Position numbers and translations under genes: made by a program
Origin: Marsupella aquatica
Lineage: Eukaryota > Plantae > Marchantiophyta
Direction: 5' to 3'
Length of the DNA stretch: 64,000 nt
Assembly: GCA_973895155.1 (NCBI GenBank)
Contig: OZ316892.1
Location: 11,472,238-11,536,237, forward strand
Shown here: positions 27,601-39,935 of the stretch, piece by piece
Numbering within the stretch: position 1 is the stretch's first letter
Layout: every line of letters starts with the position of its first letter
Notes under the pieces: model-generated
The model's input: the letters and a program-made list of their open reading frames with translations, nothing else
What the model was told of the DNA's origin: nothing
Database searches by the model: none

Positions 27601-30600
27601 AGTAGATAATAAGACAGATCCGCTAGACGACCTTCCAAAGCAAAGTTTTGAATAAGAAGGACAATATGTTCCTACCAAGGGGCAACTCCATTGATGTCAG
27701 GGGACATCTCGAGCTGGTCGACTACGGGTCTTTGTAAGCCAGGACTTGATAGTGGAATTTGGAGTAATCTGATTGGGGCTAAACGATAAACAACAGAAAA
27801 TGCAATAATCATGAGCTAGTTCATTCTAAAAGTCCACAGATCCAACAAATTCATGTTGATCGGGGTTAAAAGAACCGCGAGAACAGTAAGGCAGGCTACA
27901 AATCTCCTCGTGCCTCAGCATCTACGACATAAAGGGCTGCTTTTTTATGGCTATGCAGAAACAATGATCTCCTGAAGGTCCCTCGACCAAGTGGAGGATG
28001 CCATCTATCGGGAGTAGAAGTACAGAATGTATATGCTCCCTCTACCTGAAGTTAGCAACATTAAGAACATTGGCTAGACACACAACTGGACTACAGGGAA
28101 GCACCAAGGAGGGCAAAGAGTATTCACAGTTTTCCAAAACACCCAGAAAGCAGGGAAGTGGTGCCTCACTATTATCCATCTACCTACGAATGGACTTCAT
28201 TTAACTTAAAAATATAATATAAAAGCTGCAAGGCTTGTCTGCATTAATTTCCAAAAGGAGAAAGGCCTAAGCCCTCTCATAAAAGTCACAGTGTCTTATT
28301 GTCACAAGAGGTCAGCAATCTCACCTTTTTGTGACATTAAAAGATTTACACTTTCAACGATGTCAAGGAAAACCTGTAAGAGAACGGATCCTTTGTTAAT
28401 ATATGAACATTCCACACCAAGTCACTTAAACGCCTTGACCGTCAAAGGTCCTGCAATCTAGCTTCTGCAAAACCTTACAAGATAGCATTGTACCTCATTT
28501 TTCTTATATACCAGACCCTCCCGACGCCACCCAACAGCACCCGTAACCTGCAATGTCGCATTTGCTGGTGGTCTCAAGTCCTGGGGCTGCACACGAGAAA
28601 AACGTAGTTAGTGAGACCACTGCTACGCTCCGGATGTGTGCCAAAACTGTCTTGAAAGGACTTCAAATGAAAACTACCTTAGATGAAAAAGGAGACCGGA
28701 CTCCTTCTTGGGTGATGTAAAGCTTGAGGATTTCAGGTGATAAATTCTGGGGGTAGCCAAAGTCCATAATCTCTGCATTTAATATCCTTTCGTTTCAGAT
28801 AAATACATGTGAAAAAACGACAAAGTAGGCAGAAAGTAGCAGTCCTCTCATGGAAGGGAGGAGTAAATAGCCCACTTCTTTGCAATGCACTGTAATACCA
28901 ATGCTCTGCATCAATTGACAACTATGATATTGAAGAAGCATACAAAACAAATCTCAGAAACCTGAGAGTGAAGTTCAAAGCGGTCAGATAAAGAACAAAG
29001 ATGTCGCAAGCCGAAACGCCTAAATGGTGGCAAGATGTCCTTAGGCATTTACGTCAATGCATTCCTTCAAGAATAAAGCAAACAATACTTGAAAAGGCAC
29101 TGACAACAGGGAAGGTAACTATTAAGGAGGCGACCAGCCAGAAACAGTTCTGATGTCCAAATCAGCCTTTGTTGATGCAGGTTCCAGTTTCATACCATCC
29201 AGAAGCTCATAGATCAGTACAAAGTTATTCCGAATGGCATCTTCATCAAATGCACCTCCAAAATATGACTTGAACAGGGCCACCGCCTGGCAATCACCAC
29301 GCAATTTATAATTAAGTCGAAAAGCTCTACAACTCGTGCAGGATCATAAGTGCTTACAAAACAAACATCAAGAGAATGCAGATATAATGACAAGACCGAG
29401 AAGCTGTCTTTAGCTTCTTAACACCTGCTTATGCCATTAACGACCACCACCAACAAACTAAGTAGCCTTACCTCGACGACAAACTTGAATGCACAGGCTG
29501 CATTCGCGTTGCTACTGACCACAGTGACTATATACACATTACTGATGCGCATGTAAAGAAAAGAGCATCCTCCGATTTGCCGCACAGGGCAAGTCCCGAG
29601 ATCTTTGGTCTGCATGATGTGCGTGCGGAAAGCATCGACCATGTTTCCTCTGAAATTCAACATGGTGATCCAGAAGTAAGAAATACAATGTGTAAACACC
29701 TTTCAAGATGAGAGACCAAAAAGATCCGACATTCCCAAAGTGCATAGTTTTGCAGGCTGACACCTCTGGCCAATTTCAGAATAGACACTCCATCCTCCTT
29801 GACTACGTCACATTACACACGCTGATTGACGAGCTCGGATTCACTGAGTACTCAGAACAACATTCGAGTCATTTAAGATTGCGCTTCAAAGTTGACGAGA
29901 GTGTACGTATCCTATTTTGGCAACGAGTGAATAGTTGCACTGACATCAAGAGCTGCAACCCTTAAAATTAAAACAGATGACCCCTAGAAGAATAAAGCTG
30001 TCATAAATTGTAGCTCCATACAAGATATGACAAGCCCCAAGGACTCTGACAACGAATTGCAGACAGCTGAAGGCAAAGTTGACCGTCAAGCCTTTTTCTT
30101 AATTAGCGATCGAGAACTGCTTCACATTTGTCTTCACATTTGTCTATTGATCAAGACATGAGGGTATCTGTGACTTCAGAAAGAAAGATAGCAACATCCA
30201 AGAATGATTAGCCGACAGATAGACACGTAAATTCGATTGAAGGAAATCCAGCAACTAGGAGGAATTTCGCAACCCTATGGGTGTTGACTTAGCATTATAG
30301 TTCGTAGAGCTGGACACGTCAATTCAGCTGAAGGAACAAGTCCGACAACTAGGAAGAATTTCGCAACCCTAGAGGTGTTGACGGAGTAGGAGAGTTCGTA
30401 GTGAGTTAAACGAAGTTAATCTCTCTAGAGGCATTTCTCATCGCCAAGATCAAAGGCAACTTTTAGAACTTTGACGGTATTTTCCGGGCACAGAGTACCG
30501 CAGTGCACCAGCTTCTAGTTTCCATTCGCCCGGGTGAAAACGTTCCATTCGTAATCCGTGCAGAAAGAGTGGGATCCCGAGAGACCTTCCGATCTTCCGA

Positions 30601-30843
30601 GCATCGCATCTGGCCACCGAATTGACCAGCATGGGCTAGAAAACGAGGGGCCATTAGATCAGACAGTCAGGGTTTCGATGCCAACCAAACCTCTGAAGCT
30701 CCCTGCCACACCAAGCTCGTTCCAGCACCAAGAAAAGGAAGACAAAGAAGAGACACATACCCGACATCGTCACGGTACAGCCGGTTGATGAGCACATCTC
30801 CTCTGAGATTCAAAAAGTAGATGGCAGATGCCGCCACCGGCAT
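24607..30843 (-). CDS. AP2M: AP-2 adaptor complex subunit mu (440 aa)
   Basis: 13 GT-AG exons in frame: 30843-30761, 29649-29472, 29286-29196, 28772-28678, 28586-28494, 28373-28325, 26566-26428, 26217-26101, 25883-25793, 25589-25447, 25198-25081, 24937-24893, 24687-24607. Protein [26 protein letters not shown]...[15 protein letters not shown]...WRREGL.YKKNEVFLD...[11 protein letters not shown]...[16 protein letters not shown]. Confidence 0.96.
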
Positions 30844-31413
30844 TTTTCCAATCACAACGCCAAGTTGGCGACTCCTTAAGTGCGGATCTTGTGAGCTCGA
30901 ACGAGAGGCCTGAACTGACAGTAGATCCGCTTTCAAACACAACGATCTGCACCCATTTCAGTCCATCTGACGAGCAGTCTCTCACCTTTGGTAAGCTCGG
31001 TTTTGCTTTCCTCGTTTGAAGGAGACTGTCAATTTTCGGAGGGCCAGATACAAGACTTCCACCAACGAGCTAAATTCCCGTGCTCTCCAAGTAATGGAAC
31101 TACTCGAGTCTACCTTCTCTAAGTGCATGCGCTCCCCGAACCTGCAGTTATCCATTTTATACACTATGTCATCATAAGTGAATGAGTATCATTTACGCAC
31201 TTCTCCATATGTAATCCACGTTATGTAATCGTACATGGTGCACTTATGCATTGTTGACTGTAGTTTGTAGTTGCACTTATGCACTGCTGACTGTAGTTTG
31301 TACTTCAGTAACTCTGTTAGGAAGAAAGGTTACTGGTGTGTAACCTTTTCTACAAGGTGCCACTATTTCCGCCCAAAAAGTCTTGGCCGGTAATCTTTTT
31401 TCTGGGGCAGGTA

Positions 31414-31688
31414 TCTACAACTATAATAAGGGATCAGGCATTTTTTAGTTCTTCGTCCCAACACAATTGGTCCCAATACGGAAAACCTTCTGGGTGAAAA
31501 AGATTCACAGCCGTTGGGTTTGTTTGGCTGTTTTTCCTGACCATTGATGGAATAAATGGGCACCCCTGATGCATATATGCTTCCCCACGCTGCATATATG
31601 CTTCCCCACGCTGTCCCATAAATGCCCCGACCCGACTCACTATGGGCCAGCCTTCCTTGCGCCGTGCAACGCACGGGCATAGGGCTCA
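31414..31688 (+). mobile_element. Non-autonomous Helitron-like element, copy 2 (275 bp)
   Basis: It reads A|TCTACAACTATAATAAGGGATC ... CCGTGCAACGCACGG (hairpin) GCATAGGGCTCA|T. Both termini are shared with the copy at 22054-22395. Confidence 0.75.
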
Positions 31689-31854
31689 TTAGGTATGATA
31701 ATGACTGTTTGGGCTGTGGTTCTACTCTGAAACCTGTTCCCACAAAGCTCATAAAAACTTTTGGCTGCCGCCCATCAGCATTTCCTCACTTTCTGGTCAC
31801 AAGGTTACAGACTACTAACCCGACCAAACTGTCATCATCCTTTACCTCTCATGT

Positions 31855-32760
31855 GAACAATGATGCTCCTATGGAACTGTGACACCATTTCCAACTTCCC
31901 CTCAATCGTGGGTTTCAAAGGTGTAACCCTGTGGTCCGTGATACCTTCACTCAATAGTGTGTCTCAAAGCTTCATAATGAAGCGGGTAATTAAGAATGAT
32001 GACCCCATGGACCGTGACACCTTTTACACCTTCAGTCAATAGTGTGTCTCAAAGCCTCATAGTTAAGGATGATGGCTTTTGGCCATGAACAAACTGAAAT
32101 AAGTTTATTGCATGGTTATGTAGAAGTTTTTTTTCACTGGCCTCTACAGTGATTTATGGTCATGACATATGACAAATCTTTATTGCACAATGTTATGGAT
32201 AATGAATTTGGTAGTACATAGTTTTTTCTGCCTGTAACCTTAACTATTAAGTCAAAGTTTCAGACCCCTAATGCACCCTTCTTGTTTCCAAATGGACCAA
32301 GCCTGTGAACCAGGCAATGATGCTCCATGGATCAAGCCTGTGCACCCTGTAACCCCATGGACTGTGACATTGTTTACACCTTCTCTCAATACACCCTTCT
32401 CGTTTCCAAATGGACCAAGCCTGTGAAGGCAACCCCCATGGACCATGATGCCCTTTTACACTTTCACTCATCGACACCCTCTTATTTTTTAATGAACCAA
32501 GCCTGTGAACCAGGTGACCAGGTAACCCATGGGACCTTGATCATGCCTTTTACACTTTCACTGATTGACTCTCTTCTTGTTTTAGAATGGTCTGAGCTTG
32601 TGAACCAGGCCACCCCCATGGACCGTGATACCTTTTACATCTTCACTTATGATACCCTTCTCATTTCAGAATGTACCAAGCTCATGAACAAGGAAGCCTC
32701 CTTGTCCATGACACCTTCTACACCTTCACTCATTGACACGCTTCTAATTCCCAAAATGTT
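31855..32760. repeat. Degenerate ~85-bp satellite-like array; related copy in reverse at ~61510-61600
   Basis: Recurrent AAATGGACCAAGCCTGTGAACCAGG..CCCCATGGACCGTGA.ACCTTTTACACCTTCACTCA units at ~32288, 32406, 32490, 32584 and 32668, with partial copies at 31860-32050. Confidence 0.8.
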
Positions 32761-34509
32761 TTCAAGAGCAACGTATGGCCTCCAATGCCTCCACTGACAT
32801 CCAATGGAAACGTCTCTTCTTGGCATAGTTAGAAGCAGCTTGGAGAGATCTTTCCCAAGAGTTTAATACATCTACTTTTCATGAAGAATTGAGAGGGTTC
32901 TTAATTCTAAAGACCATTCTATCACTCACTGTCCACACTGCATTCCAAAAGTTTCTTATAAACTCTTTGACATACACTCCGCCCTTTGCACTTCCAAAAG
33001 TTTTCTGCAAACAAACTTTGACATTCAACATCTCCTCCAATAGAATTATATTTTGGGGGCTTGTAAGAATTGGGTCAAGGATAGTTTCAATGAGTTTAAA
33101 TTTAATATGTCATATTTAATTGAGAATTGAGAGACCTGTAAATTTCCAAAGATGACTATCTCATTCTCTTGTCACATTTTACTCATCCTGTAATAGATAC
33201 TATATGAGTAAAAAAACATTTTTTCTGGATTCCATTTGGAACCTTGCAAAAGCCTAAACTCTCAGTCCATGGGGGCTTTATTTTCTTGTGTATATATATT
33301 AACTTTCTCTATTCCTAAACTTAGTGGTGCTTTTGATCTTTTCTTTTGGATGAGTGCAAAAAAGTAATCTGTATAGTGAATTGGGGAGTTAAGCTTGAGA
33401 GACGCAGCCCATTGAGGAGGATGTGAATTATTTTCCAAGAACATTATTACCCTCAGGAGTTACCCTCACTTCTCATTTTTGTATTTTGTTATTTTTTAGG
33501 AGTTGGTAGTGAGCCAGAAGATGAGTCTGCGAGGGGGAGGAAAGTAGAGGGGGTTTATGCTCTTCGAAGCGCTCTAAAGAAGGGAAAATAAGAAACACGG
33601 ATTTATGGTCAAGGACTTTCACGAAGATAATTAATTATCCTCAAATGTATCACAAACTTGACCACTTAATTCAGTAAGTTCCACCAAAAATAGAAGAGAG
33701 AAAAATATAATGCCCTCCACTCCAGAAGTTGATGCTCAAATGGAGCACAAGGATTGATATTGAAACTCAGTTGGACCTAGATACTTTTTCAGACCCTACA
33801 ATGTGATATTGTTTGAGTCCAAAGTAATGTTTGAATATCTTGCATTCATGTTGTAGTAGTCCATCCGAGTTATTGTCACATTAACATCCAAGTTTATGTT
33901 TCTTCTACACTATGTACCCCTTTGTTGCAGTTCATACTAAGCTAACTGCAACAACCCATATCAGACTTACTCAGCAAATTGTAGGCCGGGCAGTATTTGA
34001 AACTCTCATAATTCCTTCCCAATTAATAGTTCTCCTAAGTAAAGACCCTAAAGGGAAGACACTACCTTACATGAGTTGGGAATATATTTCAACAGCTGAG
34101 ATTCTTCTAGTTGACCCTCATTATTGACCCCCATTAGGGATCTCTTGCAAATTTTCTGACACAAGAATGTGCCACATCAACATAGACAAAGACAAAGAGG
34201 ACACAACTGTTTTGCGGGAAAACACCAATGACCAAATCCTGTTTGTGGTTAATTTTGTGTGACTAGGTCGTCATGCTGTAAGTCTTAAAAGTAAAAGTAA
34301 ACCAAATACAAAGAAAACGTCAATTTGTTTTAAAAACTAATTGTTTTAGTTATCTTTTCTTCTTATTGAAAAATAAGATAAACCTTCAATATTGGCAACG
34401 ATTAAAACGGTTTCCAAAATTTTGCAATTGTAACCAACTCTAAAGTTTGAGATTCTCACCAACTTCCTAATTAAACAAATACAACGAGAATTGAGCATCT
34501 TGGGACTAT

Positions 34510-34735
34510 GCACATCTTCATTTCTGGCTTTCCACAGTTGGGCTGCACCGCAATCCTCTAATGGTGCATTCATAGTCTGTCATAAATTGCAAGATCGACA
34601 AGTCTGAAGGGTCGATGGATCATATTGGGATGACGCACATCTTCATGTCTGGCTTTCCACAGTTGTGATGCACCTCAATCCTCTAATGGTGCATTCATAG
34701 TCTGTGTCATAGATTGCAAGAGCAGCAAGTCTCAA
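34510..34735. repeat. ~95-bp direct duplication
   Basis: GCACATCTTCAT.TCTGGCTTTCCACAGTTG...AATCCTCTAATGGTGCATTCATAGTCTGT occurs at 34510 and 34635. Confidence 0.85.
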
Positions 34736-35252
34736 AGGTTGAGGAGAATGCTGGACCTTTTTGACCGGGAAGCCATAGCCACCGACCGAATGACCCATGT
34801 TCCTCAAAGAGTGTTTATGTTCCCAAATCTCACTTGCATTGTGCATTCGTTCATTCATATCAGAGTGTGGTTGTTTTGAGCTCTTCGTCAAGTGGCATTT
34901 TTGTGGTACTCGTGGAATTGGCGATTGTCTGTCCTTCTTTGCTTGCCAATGCCTTGCATCAACTGCTCTGCTACCGTTGACGTTGATGCCAAAATCAGCC
35001 AAAGAAAGTGGAAGGTAACCTACGGTTTTGATGAGGGCATCAGTGAGCTCGCTATAGCCCTTGAGCCAGTCTTGAGCATACCCATGTTCTGCGATTCATG
35101 ATAATACTTCATAATTGCACTCGACTACAACTAAAATGTTTCATGAAATAAGCCATGACAGTCAATGCCTCAATAAACATTTCACCAAATGCAGTTGTTG
35201 TTGGAATGCATCAATTTAGCTCCTTCAGCAAGTTTGATTCACAATGACCTGG

Positions 35253-35544
35253 CTCAGGGGTCTCACTATATGGAGGCCTCCCCATCACTTGCAACATTTT
35301 GAGGCCTTAGACCCCCTAAAATGTAAGATTTTTTTTCTTTCAACCCTATAAAGTTGGACTATTCTTAGAATATCCCAAAAATTTGGTAAGAAGGACCCTA
35401 ATGTTCTTATAAGTCTCAAAATTGTATTTAAAAGACCCTATTGTTCTTCTGAGAAAATTCTTAACTCTTCCCTTTGAAAAAATAAAATGACCTTATCCTT
35501 TGTTACATGTGATGTGCTATTTTTGTGGAAGTGAAACCCCTGAG
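35253..35544. mobile_element. MITE (292 bp) with TIRs and perfect 8-bp TSD
   Basis: TIRs are CTCAGGGGTCTCACT / AGTGAAACCCCTGAG, flanked by TGACCTGG on both sides (35245-35252 and 35545-35552). Homologous copies lie at 51880-52117 and 63703-63974. Confidence 0.88.
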
Positions 35545-36229
35545 TGACCTGGCATCACCATTTGTTTTTCCTTCAGCTGCTTTCCGACATCCTTAGTTGG
35601 AGACCCAGACACTTCAATCCACGTGTTTAAGAAAAGGGCACATGCTCTCAACATAAAAGTGAAGTAGAATCAGATAGTGGACCCCATCTTCCTATAACAA
35701 TTTATACTTAAATTCAACGAGAGACATTCCCTTACTTCCTAGAACAATTCTTAAATTCAATGAGAGACAAGTACTTGGGAATATTTTCAAGTGTTATATC
35801 AAAGTTATGTCTTGTTGTATGAGTCCTACATGACCACCTATGATTATGTGAACAAAGTGTGTGGGGTCTTGGAGTAACTTGGAAAATGAAGAAATTTGGA
35901 TCTCTATATTTAGTGCTCATCCTACCGCTTCCCCTTGCTTTTGAATTGCTTGTACGATCATGATCAGTGAAGCTAAGGGCCTAAATCATATTCAATCTTG
36001 GATCCTTTCCATGTTGCAATTCATTATATATCTCCTACTCATCTCCACATCATTGTCTAATTACGAACCCAACCCAAACATTCCAATCCCGATTCCAATA
36101 TGGGAGCGTCATCTCTAGTTTCTTTATTAGTCCTTTGAATAACTTAGTAATATGAGTCCAAATGGCCCTCAACCCATTTCTCAAACTCATGGGAACCAAA
36201 TGGGTTGAGGGCCTGTGATCTTGTTACCA

Positions 36230-36810
36230 ATGACAAAATCTGCCAATTTTAGATTCATTCTCAATGTTCCATTTTCTAGAATGCATGCTTCTAAGTATAT
36301 AGCACAAGAGGCTTCATTGAGAGATGAGTGAGAAACAAGATCAAAATTTTCTTAATTTCTCTGGGTTTCCAATGAGCATCACATTGGTAGATTGGCAGAT
36401 TTTGTCAATTACTTGATGAGTTTTTTGAATTTCTCGTTTTTGAGTGTGACATTAAGAAATTTTGTCGAGTCCTAACAAGATAGTGAGTTCATGAATTCTT
36501 CTAGCTTTCCAGCATTGAGTCCGACATCGACAAATTTATGTCAAAGTACTAAGAAGATCACGAGTTTTTTAATCTCTCTACCTTTCTAATGTGTGACATT
36601 GAGAGTTTTTGTCAAACACCAAAAGATCATGAGTCTGTAAATTTTTGTAGCTTCCCAATGAACTTGACATTGACAGATTTTGAAGAGTATTAAAGAGATG
36701 ATAGTTTCTAAATTTTCACTACCTTTCCAATGGGTATGACATTGGGAGAATTTTATCAAGTATTAAAGAGGTCATGAATTTCTAAATTTCTCTATTTATC
36801 AAGTACTAAG
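36230..36810. repeat. Degenerate ~72-bp tandem array
   Basis: GACATTGACAGATTTTGTCAAGTA.TAA..AGATCATGAGTTT.TAAATTTCTCTA.CTTTCCAATG-like units, with GACAT cores at ~36448, 36523, 36595, 36667 and 36738. Related reverse-orientation sequence lies at ~61040-61400. Confidence 0.7.
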
Positions 36811-37070
36811 GGGTGATTATTTTGTTTTAAACTGTGGAGTCCAAGGGGTTCTAACTATTCGTATTTCTATCAGTTTGTTTTTTCAAAAACTTTCAAAAAA
36901 CTAAAAAAGCAAGCATTTGATGTAGAAGGCTGATATATCACTGACTACACATCAAAATAGTAACTTTGTTTTACCCAACTGTTTGTTGTTCTAAAATTTA
37001 CTTTTCTGTTTTTTGATCATTTTATCATTGCTGAGTATAACTCTTTTTCCTTGCCTTGCATCAAACACAA

Positions 37071-37350
37071 ACAATTGTGTTTGTTTCTTGTTGAAAACAT
37101 CATTGTTCTCAATTGTGAGGGGACATACAATTGTGTTTGTTTCTTGTTGAAAACATCATTGTTCTCAATTGTGAGGGGACGTGATGATGTGGCTCAACGT
37201 GGTGCTAGAGATTGTGGAAGGAGCTTCCCATGGGGGTCCGTAACAAGGCGTGCAAATAATTGACTCCAATGTCTCCCCTAGAGATTGTGGAAGGAGCTTC
37301 CCATGGGGGTCCGTAACAAGGCGTGCAAATAATTGACTCCAATGTCTCCC
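37071..37350. repeat. Two adjacent near-perfect tandem duplications (~56 bp x2 and 73 bp x2)
   Basis: ACAATTGTGTTTGTTTCTTGTTGAAAACATCATTGTTCTCAATTGTGAGGGGAC occurs twice, and CTAGAGATTGTGGAAGGAGCTTCCCATGGGGGTCCGTAACAAGGCGTGCAAATAATTGACTCCAATGTCTCCC occurs twice. Confidence 0.9.
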
Positions 37351-37691
37351 AAATTGGTAGGAGTGATTATCAATACACACAGTGATTCAGCGCCGACAGA
37401 ACAATCAGACAAGTTCTTGCTTTACTACATCCTTAGCTGAATACCCAGACAATTTTCAGTGCATATCTATGTTTTCCAAATCTTGATCCTAGCATCACCT
37501 ATCCAGGGAAATATTTGTTGAAATCAACATGAAAACTACCATGGCAAGGATTTGACAGATGCCCCAGAGAGGCTAACTGAGTAACTGATTTCAATCATTC
37601 CAGACAGATGTCTGACCTCCGGCGACCTCCGGCTAAAGAAAAAGAAGACTTTAAACATGAATTTGTTTTGGTTGCAGAACCACATCATGAG

Positions 37692-38146
37692 CCTGGACAC
37701 ACCTCGATTCATCAAACAGGCTTGGAGCATTTCACTGTCAGATTGCCTGGACACTCCTTGATTCATCGAACACTCTTGGAGCACCTCACTGTCAGATTGC
37801 CTGAACACTCCTTGATTCATCGAAGGGGCTTGGAGCACCTCACTGTCAGATTGCCTGAACACTCCTTGATTCATCGAAGGGGCTTGGAGCACCTCACTGT
37901 CAGATTGGATTGCCTGGACACTCCTTGATTCATCGAAGGAGCTTGGAGCACCTCACTGTAAGATTGGATTGTCAGATTGCCTGAACACTCCTTGATTCAT
38001 CGAAGGGGCTTGGAGCACCTCCCTGTCAGATTGGATTGCCTGGACACTCCTTGATTCATCGAAGGAGCTTGGAGCACCTCACTGTAAGATTGGATTGTTG
38101 GACACTCCTTGATTCATCGAGGGGGCTTGGAGCACGTCACTGTCAT
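37692..38146. repeat. 54-68-bp minisatellite, ~8 copies
   Basis: GACACTCCTTGATTCATCGAAGGGGCTTGGAGCACCTCACTGTCAGATTG(GATTG)CCT units. Confidence 0.92.
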
Positions 38147-39627
38147 TGACTAGAAACTATGCAAAGAAGAACGGGGTCCAGGGATTAATTATCATGTTAG
38201 TTGTCTCCCTGTTTGGCTCTCATCTCTCATGTTTGAGTTCATCCTTATGAACAATCCGGCACCCAATTGCTCATGTCAATTTCCCTGTTTCCCCAAACAC
38301 CACTTCTTGCTTCCCCACTGCCATTACACTCGTCCAATGGCCAATCTATTCAGGAAAAATCCGGTAAACACATGCTAACAAAGGAGACGCACAAATTTAG
38401 AGTTTTCCTTTGATCGCAGGTGTTTACAGGATTTACTGTCTTGTGCACTGGCAGCCTCCATTGATTTCCCATAGCCAACAATTCAGGGTTACGGGTAATG
38501 TTGAAATTTAACCTGGGATTTCGGACAATTAGTTTCAGATGTAAACTTGCAAGGGTGTGTTTGGGCTTCAGCATACACGAAGCAGAGAAATAGGTTTCAA
38601 AGATTCAGCTTGCACCGAACAGGAAGGCGGCGGTACAGAAGGCGGCGGTACAGAATGACAAGATTCGATATAGAGCACCACACCTTCCGATCCTTACCTT
38701 CCGATCCTAAACTTGGTAGTGCAAAGAACCGCTCAGACCCTTAGATGTTCTGATGTAATAGTTCTCAGTCATAGTGCACTCAGAAATATATCGAGTTCAT
38801 CATAGCGGTGCAACGCACTCCACAAAAACCGCACACAATCACTTTGATTACCGAGTGAAACCTAGTAAGTCCGTGGCATACGCAAAGCTATTTACAGGGA
38901 ACTCATTGACCAAAAGTGCGAAGTAAAGGGTATCCCAACACAACGTACCGTGCTTCCTAGCTAGTCAAGGAGGCAGGCATAGCGAGTGCTGGATTGAATC
39001 TTGCTTCAAGGGAACGGGCCTCAGGCTACGGAGAGAAGGCACAAGGCCAACAAAGCGAGAGACCAACTTAAAGAAGCAATCGAATCGCACAACTGAACTC
39101 CGACAACAGAAACATCCAAGTGAGATTCTTGCATTCCAACAATGTCACAGCCAAACTTCCTTAAGCGCCACGGAAGACCACCGTCGTCCCGCATCGCCAA
39201 ATGAAGCAATCTCATCCAGTGCAAAAGTGGGCATGCCTAAACCTACAATAGAGTGGTCCGTCAATGAATCGATATGTCGCCAAAAAGAGCACCTCCAAAA
39301 CAGCACAAACGGATCAAAGAGATACGGCATTCGAGCAAAGGGCAGATCAAAGAGATACGGCATTGAGCAGAGCCCGAGACGCAGGTGAGAAGTGCAGTTG
39401 CCTGAACTTCAACAATGAAGTGACATGGCCACTGCGGAGCTGGTTCACGAGGAACAACGGGAACCGCGATGGCGGTGGAAGCGAGCTCTCGCGCAAATAT
39501 ATAGAGGGGACAAAGGTTGGAGGAGAGTGAGCGGATGAGCAGAAGCGCCGAACCCTAATCTCTGGTGCTACTGCGGATGTTTCCTTTCCAATATCCGTAG
39601 GGCAATGCCGAGCCCTAATTCGGATTA

Positions 39628-39912
39628 GACCAATGGACTCTATCAGTCTATCTCACCAATTTTTATGGGGCCGGGGCAAGGCCGGGGCCAGACCTTGCCA
39701 TTTGGATCCTTGTAAGAGCATCTGCACCCGCACCCTCCATCTGGGCCCGGCCGGCCATTGATATCGTTTTCCTGAGCATGGACATTTTTCTGCTTGCAAC
39801 CAATGGACTATATCTCACCAATTTTCATGGGACCGGGGCCAGACCTTGCCATTTGGATCCTTGTAAGAGCATTGGCACTGGCACCCTCCATCTGGGCCTG
39901 GCTAGCCATTGC
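39628..39912. repeat. ~120-140-bp direct duplication with CCAAT and TGGGCC motifs
   Basis: ACCAATGGACT..TATCTCACCAATTTT.ATGGG..CCGGGGCCAGACCTTGCCATTTGGATCCTTGTAAGAGCAT..GCACCCTCCATCTGGGCC occurs twice (~39629 and ~39799). Confidence 0.85.
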
Positions 39913-39935
39913 TAAGGTCGGTTTACCAGCCTGAA

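Noticed and set aside
26900-27750. Short ORFs in the long AP2M intron, a possible nested gene or snoRNA
   Set aside because: No coherent exon chain, protein motif or paired C/D boxes with a terminal stem.
37692-38146. Regular repeats resembling a CRISPR array or an LRR exon (LEHLTVRLPEHSLIHRRG)
   Set aside because: The units are head-to-tail with no unique spacers, and there are no cas genes in this eukaryotic DNA. The 18-aa period and frame-breaking unit variants do not fit an LRR.
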